Positions 52,370-64,000 of a stretch of 64,000 nt of DNA are shown one piece after another (the first letter of the stretch is position 1; each line of letters opens with the position of its first letter). Both the position numbers and the translations under genes were made by a program. The notes below the pieces were generated by a model. That model was not told where the DNA came from. It did not search any database and saw nothing but the letters and a program-made list of their open reading frames with translations. The stretch comes from Octopus vulgaris (taxonomy: Eukaryota): positions 180,110,001 to 180,174,000 of the forward strand of contig OX597815.1 of NCBI GenBank assembly GCA_951406725.2, read 5' to 3'.

Positions 52370-55300
52370 ATGGTCTTTTACGGATAACAACAGCAGTAAT
52401 GGTCTTTTATGGATAACAACAGCAATAATGGTCTTTTATGGATAACAACAGCAATAATGGTCTTTTATGGATAACAACAGCAATAATGGTATTTTACGGA
52501 TAACAACAGCAGTAATGGTCTTTTATGGATAACAACAGCAATAATGGTTCTTTTATGGATAACAACAGCAATAATGGTATTTTACGGATAACAACAGCAG
52601 TAATGGTCTTTTACGGATAACAACAGCAGTAATGGTCTTTTATGGATAACAACAGCAATAATGGTCTTTTACGGATAACAACAGCAGTAATGGTCTTTTA
52701 CGGATAACAACAGCAATAATGGTCTTTTATGGATAACAACAGCAATAATGGTCTTTTACGGATAACAACAGCAATAATGGTCTTTTACGGATAACAACAG
52801 CAATAATGGTCTTTTATGGATAACAACAGCAATAATGGTCTTTTATGGATAACAACAGCAGTAATGGTCTTTTATGGATAACAAACAATAATGGTCTTTT
52901 ATGGATAACAACAAATAATGGATAACAAAGCAATAATGGTCTTTTATGGATAACAACAGCAATAATGGTCTTTTATGGATAACAACAGCAATAATGGTCT
53001 TTTATGGATAACAACAGCAATAATGGTCTTTTTTATGGATAACAACAGCAATAATGGTCTTTTATGGATAACAACAGCAATAATGGTCTTTTATGGATAA
53101 CAACAGCATAATGGTCTTTTATGGATAACAACAGCAATAATGGTCTTTTATGGATAACAACAGCAATAATGGTCTTTTATGGATAACAACAGCAATAATG
53201 GTCTTTTATGGATAACAACAGCAATAATGGTCTTTTATGGATAACAACAGCAATAATGGTCTTTTATGGATAACAACAGCAATAATGGTCTTTTATGGAT
53301 AACAACAGCAATAATGGTCTTTTATGGATAACAACAGCAATAATGGTCTTTTATGGATAACAACAGCAATAATGGTCTTTTATGGATAACAACAGCAATA
53401 ATGGTCTTTTATGGATAACAACAGCAATAATGGTCTTTTATGGATAACAACAGCAATAATGGTCTTTTATGGATAACAACAGCAATAATGGTCTTTTATG
53501 GATAACAACAGCAATAATGGTCTTTATGGATAACAACAGCAGTAATGGTCTTTTATGGATAACAACAGCAGTAATGGTCTTTTATGGATAACAACAGCAA
53601 TAATGGTCTTTTATGGATAACAACAGCAATAATGGTCTTTTATGGATAACAACAGCAATAATGGTCTTTTATGGATAACAACAGCAATAATGGTCTTTTA
53701 TGGATAACAACAGCAATAATGGTCTTTTATGGATAACAACAGCAATAATGGTCTTTTATGGATAACAACAGCAATAATGGTCTTTTATGGATAACAACAG
53801 CAATAATGGTCTTTTATGGATAACAACAGCAATAATGGTCTTTTACGGATAACAACAGCAACGGATAACAACAGCAATAATGGTCTTTTATGGATAACAA
53901 CAGCAATAATGGTCTTTTATGGATAACAACAGCAATAATGGTCTTTTATGGATAACAACAGCAATAATGGTCTTTTATGGATAACAACAGCAATAATGGT
54001 CTTTTACGGATAACAACAGCAATAATGGTCTTTTATGGATAACAACAGCAATAATGGTCTTTTATGGATAACAACAGCAATAATGGTCTTTTACGGATAA
54101 CAACAGCAATAATGGTCTTTTACGGATAACAACAGCAATAATGGTCTTTTACGGATAACAACAGCAATAATGGTCTTTTATGGATAACAACAGCAGTAAT
54201 GGTCTTTTATGGATAACAACAGCAATAATGGTCTTTTATGGATAACAACAGCAATAATGGTCTTTTATGGATAACAACAGCAATAATGGTCTTTTACGGA
54301 TAACAACAGCAGTAATGGTCTTTTATGGATAACAACAGCAATAATGGTCTTTTATGGATAACAACAGCAATAATGGTCTTTTATGGATAACAACAGCAGT
54401 AATGGTCTTTTATGGATAACAACAGCAATAATGGTCTTTTACGGATAACAACAGCAGTAATGGTCTTTTATGGATAACAACAGCAATAATGGTCTTTTAT
54501 GGATAACAACAGCAATAATGGTCTTTTATGGATAACAACAGCAATAATGGTCTTTTATGGATAACAACAGCAATAATGGTCTTTTACGGATAACAACAGC
54601 AATAATGGTCTTTTATGGATAACAACAGCAATAATGGTCTTTTATGGATAACAACAGCAATAATGGTCTTTTACGGATAACAACAGCAATAATGGTCTTT
54701 TATGGATAACAACAGCAATAATGGTCTTTTACGGATAACAACAGCAATAATGGTCTTTTATGGATAACAACAGCAATAATGGTCTTTTATGGATAACAAC
54801 AGCAATAATGGTCTTTTATGGATAACAACAGCAATAATGGTCTTTTACGGATAACAACAGCAATAATGGTCTTTTACGGATAACAACAGCAATAATGGTC
54901 TTTTACGGATAACAACAGCAATAATGGTCTTTTACGGATAACAACAGCAATAATGGTCTTTTATGGATAACAACAGCAATAATGGTCTTTTACGGATAAC
55001 AACAGCAATAATGGTCTTTTATGGATAACAACAGCAATAATGGTCTTTTATGGATAACAACAGCAATAATGGTCTTTTATGGATAACAACAGCAATAATG
55101 GTCTTTTATGGATAACAACAGCAGTAATGGTCTTTTATGGATAACAACAGCAGTAATGGTCTTTTATGGATAACAACAGCAATAATGGTCTTTTATGGAT
55201 AACAACAGCAATAATGGTCTTTTATGGATAACAACAGCAATAATGGTCTTTTACGGATAACAACAGCAATAATGGTCTTTTACGGATAACAACAGCAATA

Positions 55301-55938
55301 ATGGTCTTTTACGGATAACAACAGCAATAATGGTCTTTTACGGATAACAACAGCAATAATGGTCTTTTACGGATAACAACAGCAATAATGGTCTTTTATG
55401 GATAACAACAGCAATAATGGTCTTTTATGGATAACAACAGCAATAATGGTCTTTTATGGATAACAACAGCAATAATGGTCTTTTACGGATAACAACAGCA
55501 ATAATGGTCTTTTATGGATAACAACAGCAATAATGGTCTTTTACGGATAACAACAGCAATAATGGTCTTTTATGGATAACAACAGCAATAATGGTCTTTT
55601 ATGGATAACAACAGCAATAATGGTCTTTTATGGATAACAACAGCAATAATGGTCTTTTACGGATAACAACAGCAATAATGGTCTTTTACGGATAACAACA
55701 GCAATAATGGTCTTTTACGGATAACAACAGCAATAATGGTCTTTTACGGATAACAACAGCAATAATGGTCTTTTACGGATAACAACAGCAATAATGGTCT
55801 TTTACGGATAACAACAGCAATAATGGTCTTTTACGGATAACAACAGCAATAATGGTCTTTTATGGATAACAACAGCAATAATGGTCTTTTACAGATAACA
55901 ACAGCAATAATAGTCCTTTACGGATAACAACAGCAATG
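52370..55938. repeat. 29-bp minisatellite, about 123 units (3.57 kb)
   Basis: Tandem ggtctttta[t/c]ggataacaacagca[a/g]taat. Copy number estimated as length/29. Confidence 0.98.
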
Positions 55939-56620
55939 AGTTGAGGGAATTTGCTGTTTAGTTCTTGGCCAGAGGTTTGGTATGTAGGGCTCACAGAGGG
56001 ACATCCCGGTTGGAAAGGATTGATGTTATGACAGGACCCATGAGGTATGTGAATTACATCTTTTAATCTCATGCCACACTACAAAATAATATCAAAGAGT
56101 TCAATTTTTATGACAGAAAATAATTATTACAATAAACAGAACAAAGAATACCTCAGAATCTTGTTATTGTACAAATTCATGATAATTCATTATTCATTAT
56201 TCATTGTTCTCATAATGACAAACCACCAGCATAAAGGCCAAGCTCAGTCTTGGTTGTCACTCATTAAAACAACCCAGGGTGCATATCTGCAGCTAAATGT
56301 TTATATTACAAGATGCCAGAGCCAGTGGCAAGGATCTCCACAGCAAACAAATCAATCTCTGTCTGAATTCATTTTCCATTACTCTTATAATGATGTTGCC
56401 AAGAAAATTGGCTCAAACTTCATTTCTATAGTAATTAGTCCATTTATGACATCAATTTCAAACAATGAAATTACCTGTAAGTATCAAATGACGACTGTCT
56501 AGTATTGTACCCACTCAAATCTTCACACCTGATATATATTTACAAAGGTGAGAAAAGAATAGAATAGTTTGAATGACACAACAATGCACTTTAATACAAA
56601 CAATGGACTATAATAACTGT

Positions 56621-57738
56621 TGTTCGGGAAGACCGAAAATGGCTTGAATGTCATAAACACACCGACGGGAAATAACATCATTAGGTGAGACAAGCTGACT
56701 GACAGGTGACAGTCGTTTAGAAAAAGCGCAGGCTAAAACTACGCGCCTTCACTAGTCAGTTAAGGTGAGACAGTGTCACTTGACAACTTGCTAGGACTGC
56801 CTGTCAGGTGACGGTCGTTTAGAAAAAGCGCAGGCTAAAACTACATGCCTTCACTAGTCAGTTAAGGTGAGATAGTGTCACATGACAACTTGCTGGGGCT
56901 GCCTGCTGGAGCCTATGCAGCAGGTATTTAAAGGGAAAATTTGACAAGACAGTCAGTCACCGGCTGACACTTGCTGACGATACATCGAAGAGGCCAGGGA
57001 ACAGAAGAAAGAAGAAGAAAGAAGACATGCACCCAACACCAGAGCTGAAGACACCTCCAAAAGGGGGGGCCCCGCCACGTCAAAATGGTAGAGGAGTAGG
57101 GGCCGAAACCGAACGTGGTTCCTCCTGATGATGTCTTGAGCTAACTGGATCCTATAAAGGAGCAGACCACGAAACACAGTTGCAATTCCTTCCTAGTCAT
57201 CCATAGTCTGATGATATTTTGGAATAAAATTCCTTCTTCAGATATCCCTAGGAATTGATGGAGTCGCTGCTATAATCAGTTTTCCTACGGTTTTTCTTTG
57301 TTTTTTCGGAAGTATCTCAGCACTGGTCTCATGAAGCTCCTTCTGGAATTCCTCATGAGGTCGGCCATGTCCCGATCTCGTTTGTGCTCGCACATCCGTA
57401 GCACTGCTTCTAAGTTATGTGTTATACGTGCAGCTTCCCTTATTTTCCCTTCCCCTTTTTGTGGTGTATGCGAGTGATTCGAAATAAAGGTACCTACCTT
57501 CTCTTCGCTCAGATGGAGACCCTTCAGCGGTAATGGATCCTTCAACACAGTCCAACCCGAATGCTAGAGATAGCAGCATGCTTCTCCCAAACCTTAACAA
57601 CGTACTGACCTGTCTTACCCGCTCGGCAATCTCACTCGAAAAGGCAGAATCCTGCCCTTGCTGCGCGTGCGTCACTGCTGCCCCTTCCGGTCAGCCCCAA
57701 GTTCCGGTCAGCTCTCCAGCTGCTGACGTCATCCCACA
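56621..57738 (+). mobile_element. Solo-LTR-like element (~1.1 kb)
   Basis: GC/CpG-rich island with TG..CA ends (tgttcggga / tcccaca) and a 3/4-matching 4-bp flank (ctgt/cttt). Contains a 102-bp direct repeat at 56703-56905, TATTTAAA at 56925, TCAGTC Inr-like at 56953 and AATAAA at 57223. No gag/pol sequence nearby. Confidence 0.55.
56925..56958 (+). promoter_or_regulatory. TATA-like box plus initiator in the LTR-like element
   Basis: TATTTAAA at 56925-56932; TCAGTC with its A at 56955, 30 nt downstream. Confidence 0.45.
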
Positions 57739-58088
57739 CTTTTCTTCTCTTGGTTTTTTTTTTTTTTTGGTTATAAACAATACATGAGCATTTTATCAAA
57801 AATGAACCTACACACATCCAGATGTAGCTAAGTAATATATTGATTACCAACCTCCAGCCTTTTTTTTAAAGTCAATTAGCCAATCTCCAGTTTGTTATTC
57901 TGTAGATTTGTGCCAGCATCTAACTGTGTGTGAAGAAGTGGAAGTGAATAACAGAGCAATAATTCTTGTGGCAGAATTTTGGGTGAAAATTTAATTCAAA
58001 TGCAGCCATTTGTGTAGGTTGGCAAGATGGGTGCAGGAAGGGTCTTGAATGGATTGGCTGGTATTGAAAGGGTTAATACTATTTATAT

Positions 58089-58596
58089 CAGTAGTTCCCA
58101 AACTTTTGCAGGTTGCCACCCACTTGGCACCCAGGCCACATTCCTAGCACCCCCTCACCCTCCCTACCACAAACATAGACCACCTTTCTGCAGCAAATTC
58201 AAAACAACTGTATTTCACAAATAAAACTTAAGCCTAATTAACTTATTAATATTTTTTATTAAGGCAGAGAACTGGCAGAATTGTTAGCACACCAGGCAAA
58301 ATGCTTGACGGTATTTCATCTGTCTTTACGTTCTGAGTTCAAATTCTGCCGAGGTCAACCTTGCCTTTCATCCTTTTGGAGTTGATAAATTATGTACCAG
58401 TTGTGTACTGGGATCGATTTAATCGACTGGAACCTCCCCCAAAATTTTGTACCTAGAATAGAAAAGAATATTTTTTTTACATCTATCACACCATTTTAGT
58501 TACCCCATTATCATCCCACTTTTCTTCAACAACTCCCCCAACTGGATCTTTCCACCGCCCCCAAGGGGGCAGTACTAACCACTTTGGAAACCACTG
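58089..58596 (-). mobile_element. hAT-type MITE with a nested SINE B (58262-58470 plus)
   Basis: TIRs cagtagttcccaaa / tttggaaaccactg. 8-bp flanks atttatat / atctacac differ only by transitions. Related to 24964-25247. Confidence 0.7.
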
Positions 58597-58909
58597 ATCT
58601 ACACAACTATATACTTTTTTGAAACTGTTCTGCGCCATAGAGGAAATCTGTCAATCCATACTCTCCATCTCTGGTTTTCTTTAGACTGTTTTAGTAGACT
58701 GTGAGATGAGAAGAGATGATGAGCCATTCACTCATCCTGCCTCCATCCTCTGGAAGCAAAGAACACAGTGACTGGGTTCCACAAGACCCTACCAAAGCAT
58801 AGTGAAGCTGGTTCAGAGAGTCTGTGAGAGAGACTGAGAAAGAGAGAGAAAGGGGAAGGATGAGAGAGAGAAAGAGAAGTAAAGAAGAGTTAGTATTTTC
58901 TATCTGTTG

Positions 58910-59277
58910 CTTGTTTCGCTCATTAGACTGTGGCCATGCTGGAGCACCACCTTGAAGTGTTCGTAGTCAAACGTCCAGAGGTTAGCCATTATGAGAACTA
59001 ATTTCCTTGTTTTCTTTTTAAGCCTGGTACTTACTCTATCAGTCATTTTTGCTGAACTGCTAGGTTAGTGAGATGCAAACACACCAACACTGGTTGTCAA
59101 GAGGTGGTGATGGTGGGGGGGGACAAACAAACACACATGCACACACACTCACATATATATGCACACACATACATGTATGCACACATGCATGCATACACAT
59201 GCACACACATACACACACCACACACATACACGTATATATGCACACACACACATGCAAACACACGCACACACACACAC

Positions 59278-59319
<42 letters not shown>

Positions 59320-59720
59320 TCTTTACTCTCTCTCTTTTACTCTTTTACTTGTTTCAGTCATTTGACTGCGGCCATGCTGGAGCACCGCCTTTAGTCGAGC
59401 AACTCGACCCCGGGACTTATTCTTTGTAAGCCCAGTACTTATTCTATCAGTCTCTTTTGCCAAACCTCTAAGTGACGAGGACATAAACACACCAGCATCG
59501 GTTGTCAAGCAATGCTAGGGAGACAAACACAGACATACATACACATACATATATACATATATACGACGGGCTTCTTTCAGTTTCCGTCTACCAAATCCAC
59601 TCAGAAGGCTTTGGTCGACCCGAGGCTATAGTAGAAGACACTTGCTCAAGGTGCCACGCAATGGGACTGAACCCGGAACCATGTGGTTGGTAAACAAGCT
59701 ACTTACCACACAACCACTCC
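58910..59720 (-). mobile_element. SINE A 3' part (58910-59135), microsatellite, and full SINE A (59335-59720)
   Basis: Family matches. Confidence 0.85.
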
Positions 59721-60341
59721 TATATGTATATATATCTTCTATTCAAATTCCAAAAGAACTCAGAAAATTTGTGAACTTACAAGTTGTCATTTAAACCGAA
59801 TTTAAAGTATTACCATATTGGTAAGGTACCAATAAATGCTTTATTATTATCTCTCTCTTTAGTTTTGAGTCACAGGCCCAATTAGCCCTCCGCATGAGCT
59901 AATTTAAAAGTCCACATGGAATGCAGCTTTGATGCCAGTATGTAATAAAAAGGAAACAAATTAGTGTAATAATGTAAGATTTTGCAACAAGTGAAAGGCT
60001 AAGTGGAAATGTCTAGTGGTCAGCAAGTACAAACATCAGCAGTTGTCTCTGTGAACAGACACAGCAGCAACGATGCTAAAACTCACCTACCAGCTTATGC
60101 AATGACTGGATATTTATACTGCTGCAGTCTGTTTCTAGAGGAGGAATAAGAGAATTAACTGGTGGACATGGGTCACTCTTTGCTTAGCCCTAATGACGCG
60201 GCAGATGACAGCATTAAAGTGTAAGATGAATTCCTGATGAAGAAGAAAATCATATTAGAAATATAAGAGAATGGTTGAAACAAAAATTATTGGTTGATGG
60301 AAACAGTAAAAGTTCTCTGACATATAAAAGATATAAATTAT

Positions 60342-60502
60342 AGGAGTGGCTGTGCGGTAAATAGCTTGCTTACCAACCACATGGCTCCGGGTTCAGTCCC
60401 ATTGTGTGGCACCTTGGGCAAATGTCTTCTTCTATAGCCTCTGGCCAACAAAGCCTTGTGAGTGGATTTGGTAGACGGAAACTGAAAGAAGCCTATCGTA
60501 TA

Positions 60503-60538
<36 letters not shown>

Positions 60539-60755
60539 ATGTTTACCCTTATTATGTATGTATATGTGCGTGTGTATCTATGTTTGTCCCCCCCCCCCCC
60601 ACCACTTGACAACTGGTGTTGGTGTGTTTATATCCTCATAACATAGCAATTTGGCAAAGAGTCTGATAGAATAAGCACTCGACTAAAATTCTTTAAGGTG
60701 GTACCCCAGCATGGCCAAAGTCTTGCAACTGAAGCAAGTAAATGAATAAAAGAAT
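60342..60755 (+). mobile_element. SINE family A
   Basis: Family match. Confidence 0.8.
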
Positions 60756-61625
60756 ATCTCCCAGACCCTTCACCTTTACACCATACACTGTGCTATCTTA
60801 TCACAGACAAGTTGATTGGGAAACCGAAAGATCAATATTTTTGTCAAGTTTATAACGCAGTACCAGTAATGTTAACAAACTGTTGATTCTTTGGTCAGAT
60901 CATTGACACTCCATTGACATTAGCAGCTGTGACCATCAAAACAAATCATTCTTATTACTTGCTTGGAAATTAGTTGTTTGTGAAATAGTTTTAAGAGAAT
61001 CAGAAAGGAAATGTTATAGTTTACCAAAAAAAGTAGTAAAAATATAGGCAAAGCTATAATGTTCCACTAATAGTTAAGAACTGAGTTCAAAGGAATTATA
61101 TATGTATGTTAAAATTGATGTTATTCTTTGATACCATACTTCAATATAAACTCATATTGATATATTAAAAGAATGACGAGCAGTTTTATGTAATGTAAGA
61201 TAAATTAATACGAAATAAACAACATTTCAATGAATACCAATTTGGGAATATTGATTTATATCTTCAGTACAAGGGTAGATTCTGTAAAATAAAAGGAAGA
61301 ACATTTAATTGAATTGGCTTTATTATGTATCTGATACTTATTTTAAAAAGTCTGGGAGGAATAAATAGACAGAATTGTTCACAGTTGATTTGATCCCACG
61401 GATAAAACATAGCAATTGATGTTACAGAGAATCCACTTTGGTACTCTATTAATTGTCAACAAGAAGTTTATGAAGCTTGCAACAAATAATTAAAACAACT
61501 GTAGCAGATATGAAATAAAATCACAAGGTAGCCGAGTAAACATCATGGCTAAGCCACAGTTGTTTCATGTGATCAGCCAATTAGCACCAATTTATGACTT
61601 TCTAGAACTTTCTAGAACTTTCTTA

Positions 61626-62080
61626 TTAACCTGGCTGAAACTTGCTCTGGCTTTGAGTACAAATGTCTTGTTTTCATAAGTTTTGAATTAATATCTTCCA
61701 CCAAACCTTAGTCACAATTTATGTTCCTAACACTAGCTGAATTATTTCTTTATTGCCCACAGGGGGCTAAACATAGACGGGACAAACAAAGACAGACAAA
61801 GGATTTAAGTCGATTACATTACACCCCAGTGCATAACTGGTACTTACTTAATTGACCCCCGAAAGGATGAAAGGCAAATTCAACCTCAGCGGAATTTGAA
61901 CTTAGAACACAAAAGCAGATGAAATACCGCTAAGCACTTCACCCAGTGTGCTGATGAGTCAGCCAGTTTGCTACCTAGCTGAATGATAACTACATTATTT
62001 TACTAAATTCTTTATTATATTTAAAGTAATTGAAAGAAACACAGAGTATCTCAACAGAAATGTGGTAACGAAAGGGTTAA
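61626..62080 (+). mobile_element. D1 piggyBac-like MITE with a nested SINE B (about 61743-61974 minus, tail type 2)
   Basis: The SINE is flanked by the 10-bp TSD ctagctgaat. Confidence 0.8.
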
Positions 62081-62103
62081 AATATATAATAGAGAAACAA
62101 TTC

Positions 62104-62333
62104 TTAACCCTTTTGATACCAACCCAGCTGAAACCGGCTCTGGCTCTGAAATACAAATGTTTTGTTTCCATAAGTTTTGAATTAAAATCTTCCACCAAAC
62201 CTTAGTCACAATTTATGTTCCTAACACTAGCTTAATGATAACTTCGTTATTTTACTAAATTCTTTATTATATTTTAAAGTAATTGAAAGAAACACAGGGC
62301 ATCTCAAAATAAATACGGTAACGAAAGGGCTAA
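62104..62333 (+). mobile_element. D1 piggyBac-like MITE
   Basis: ttaacccttttgatacc...ggtaacgaaagggctaa. Confidence 0.85.
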
Positions 62334-62585
62334 GCTCTATGTACAAATGCTTGTTGTTTTGGCAGCTACTCCAGAATGCTGAAGCAGTGCCCTGATGTCT
62401 CCGTTCTCATGGCAGTTTAGAAGATGCAGATTTTATCTTCTTGAGTATAGTGCAATTATTTTCCCACTGTGATGGTCCATCCACAGATTGATACATGCCA
62501 GTTACTTTGTCGTAGATTCCAGCAGTATGTCTCACCCAGTCCCAAGACCAACACAGAAAATACCATGTGCAATAAATAAAGCTTC

Positions 62586-63025
62586 TCTTTTACTTGTTTC
62601 AGTCATTTGACTGCGGCCATGCTGGAGCACTGCCTTTAATCGAGCAACTCGACCCCGGGACTTATTCTTTTGTAAGCCCAGTACTTATTCTATTGGTCTC
62701 TTTTGCCGAACTGCTAAGTAACGAGGATATAAACACACCAGCATCGGTTGTCAAGCAATGCTAGGTGGACAAGCACAGACACACAAACACACACACGCAT
62801 ATATATATACATATATACGACGGGCTTCTTTTCAGTTTCCGTCTACGAAATCCACTCACAAGGCTTTGGTCGGCCCGAGGCTATAGTAGAAGACACTTGC
62901 CTGAGGCTGTAGTAGAAGACACTTGCCCGAGGCTATAGTAGAAGACACTTGCCCAAGGTGCCACGCAGTGGGACTGAACCCGGAACCATGTGGTTGGTAA
63001 ACAAGCTACTTACCACACAGCCACT
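62586..63025 (-). mobile_element. SINE family A, full length, with an internal 26-bp triplication
   Basis: gaggctatagtagaagacacttgccc-like unit occurs three times. Confidence 0.85.
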
Positions 63026-63146
63026 CGTTGTTATTATTTTCACATGCAACCCGAGAAAGACATTTTTGTTTTCCACCAACATCAAATATTAAGCACAATA
63101 CCTCACATTACAACCATTTTACATATAATTTACAACGTCGAATTAA

Positions 63147-63265
63147 ATACAGTAGAACCTCACAGCATGAGTGTCCCATTGTCCAAGTAATTTGCTGTAT
63201 GAGCCAAGACTCATGCAAATTTTTGTCTTGAAATACGAGTGGAAATCCACAAGTACGAGCACACA
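63147..63265 (+). mobile_element. Possible pogo/Tigger-like DNA transposon end fragment
   Basis: ta-cagtagaacctc start resembles pogo/Tigger termini; no matching second TIR seen. Confidence 0.3.
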
Positions 63266-63396
63266 AATCGTCCCATCTCTAAGGTAAATCAGTTAATAAA
63301 ACCTATTTACATATTCCTTATGCATTCTCTTTTTTATAATTGTCATTTTACTTGTAACTATACCTTTTCTGGTTTAAAACTCATAAAAATTTATTT

Positions 63397-63625
63397 TTAA
63401 CCCTCTTGATACCAACCCGGCTGAAACCACTTCTGGCTCTGAGTACAAATGTTTTGTTTTCATAAGTTTTGAATTAAAATCTTCCACCAAAACCTTAGTC
63501 ACAATTTATGTTCCTAACATCAGCTGAATGATAACTAAGTTATTTTACTAAATTCTTTGTTATATTTAAGTTAATTGAAAGAAATACAGAGCATCTCAAC
63601 AGAAATACAGTAATGAAAGGGTTAA
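63397..63625 (+). mobile_element. D1 piggyBac-like MITE
   Basis: ttaaccctcttgatacc...gtaatgaaagggttaa. Confidence 0.85.
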
Positions 63626-63768
63626 GAAAAAAAATAATCAGCAAAAGACATGAGAGAAGAAGACCTCAGTGTGGTCACTTTATATGTTAGAAATAATAGC
63701 CTAAATTTCCTTCAATCCACACCCTTCCAAATGCTTCTAATATACATCTGCCCAAATGTAGAGGTGTG

Positions 63769-63997
63769 TATAACTCTTTTGATACTAACCCACCTGAAAC
63801 TGCCTCTGGCTCTGAGTACAAATGTCTTGTTTTCATAAGTTCTGAATTAAAATCTTCCACCAAACCTTAGTCACAATTTATGTTCCTAACACTAGCTTAA
63901 TGATAACTAAGTTATTTTACTAAATTCTTTGTTATATTTAAAGTAATTGAAAGAAACACAGAGTATCTCAACAGAAATGTGGTAATAAAAGGGTTAA
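63769..63997 (+). mobile_element. D1 piggyBac-like MITE
   Basis: Decayed left TIR; intact right end gggttaa. Confidence 0.8.
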
Positions 63998-64000
63998 ATG

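Noticed and set aside
52370-55938. 29-bp array as a CRISPR array or repetitive protein gene
   Set aside because: There are no spacers. The unit is not a multiple of 3, so stops recur about every 87 nt on both strands.
56071-56502. 143-aa ORF between the minisatellite and the LTR-like element
   Set aside because: AT-rich, no domain motifs and no gag/pol features.
57125-57214. C/D-box snoRNA reading of the TGATGA/CTGA words
   Set aside because: No terminal stem or recognisable rRNA guide, and the words lie in a TE-like context.
60234-60250. CTGATGA followed by GAAA
   Set aside because: No stem I, II or III pairing; chance occurrence.

Overview
AT-rich, repeat-dense eukaryotic DNA, most likely from an Octopus (coleoid cephalopod) genome, inferred from its SINE families and microsatellite load. 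Only one host coding exon is confidently recognisable: the first coding exon of a frequenin/NCS-1 neuronal calcium sensor (minus strand, 29055-28992). The left half of the window is probably its first intron. The rest consists of tRNA-derived SINEs (CORE-like and Meta-like), RTE-like short repeats, CR1 and R4/Dong 3' fragments, TTAA/hAT/Tc1 MITEs, microsatellites and a 3.6-kb 29-bp minisatellite. Almost all ORF-track entries are microsatellite or SINE artefacts. The main hidden signal is a set of hammerhead-ribozyme (HHR)-like motifs. (i) Several unrelated short fold-back or tandem elements, mostly inserted in (TA)n, carry minimal type I HHR folds typical of Penelope-like elements and non-LTR retrozymes. 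One has a G3:C8 swapped core and one is linked to a tRNA-like Pol III head. A decayed Penelope-type GIY-YIG fragment lies in the same window. (ii) A 1.1-kb solo-LTR-like element has four CUGANGA heptamers in its predicted R region, including a degenerate type III HHR, reminiscent of plant LTR retrozymes. All genomic copies seen are mutated. Folds were derived by eye and activity is untested. Repeat boundaries are approximate.
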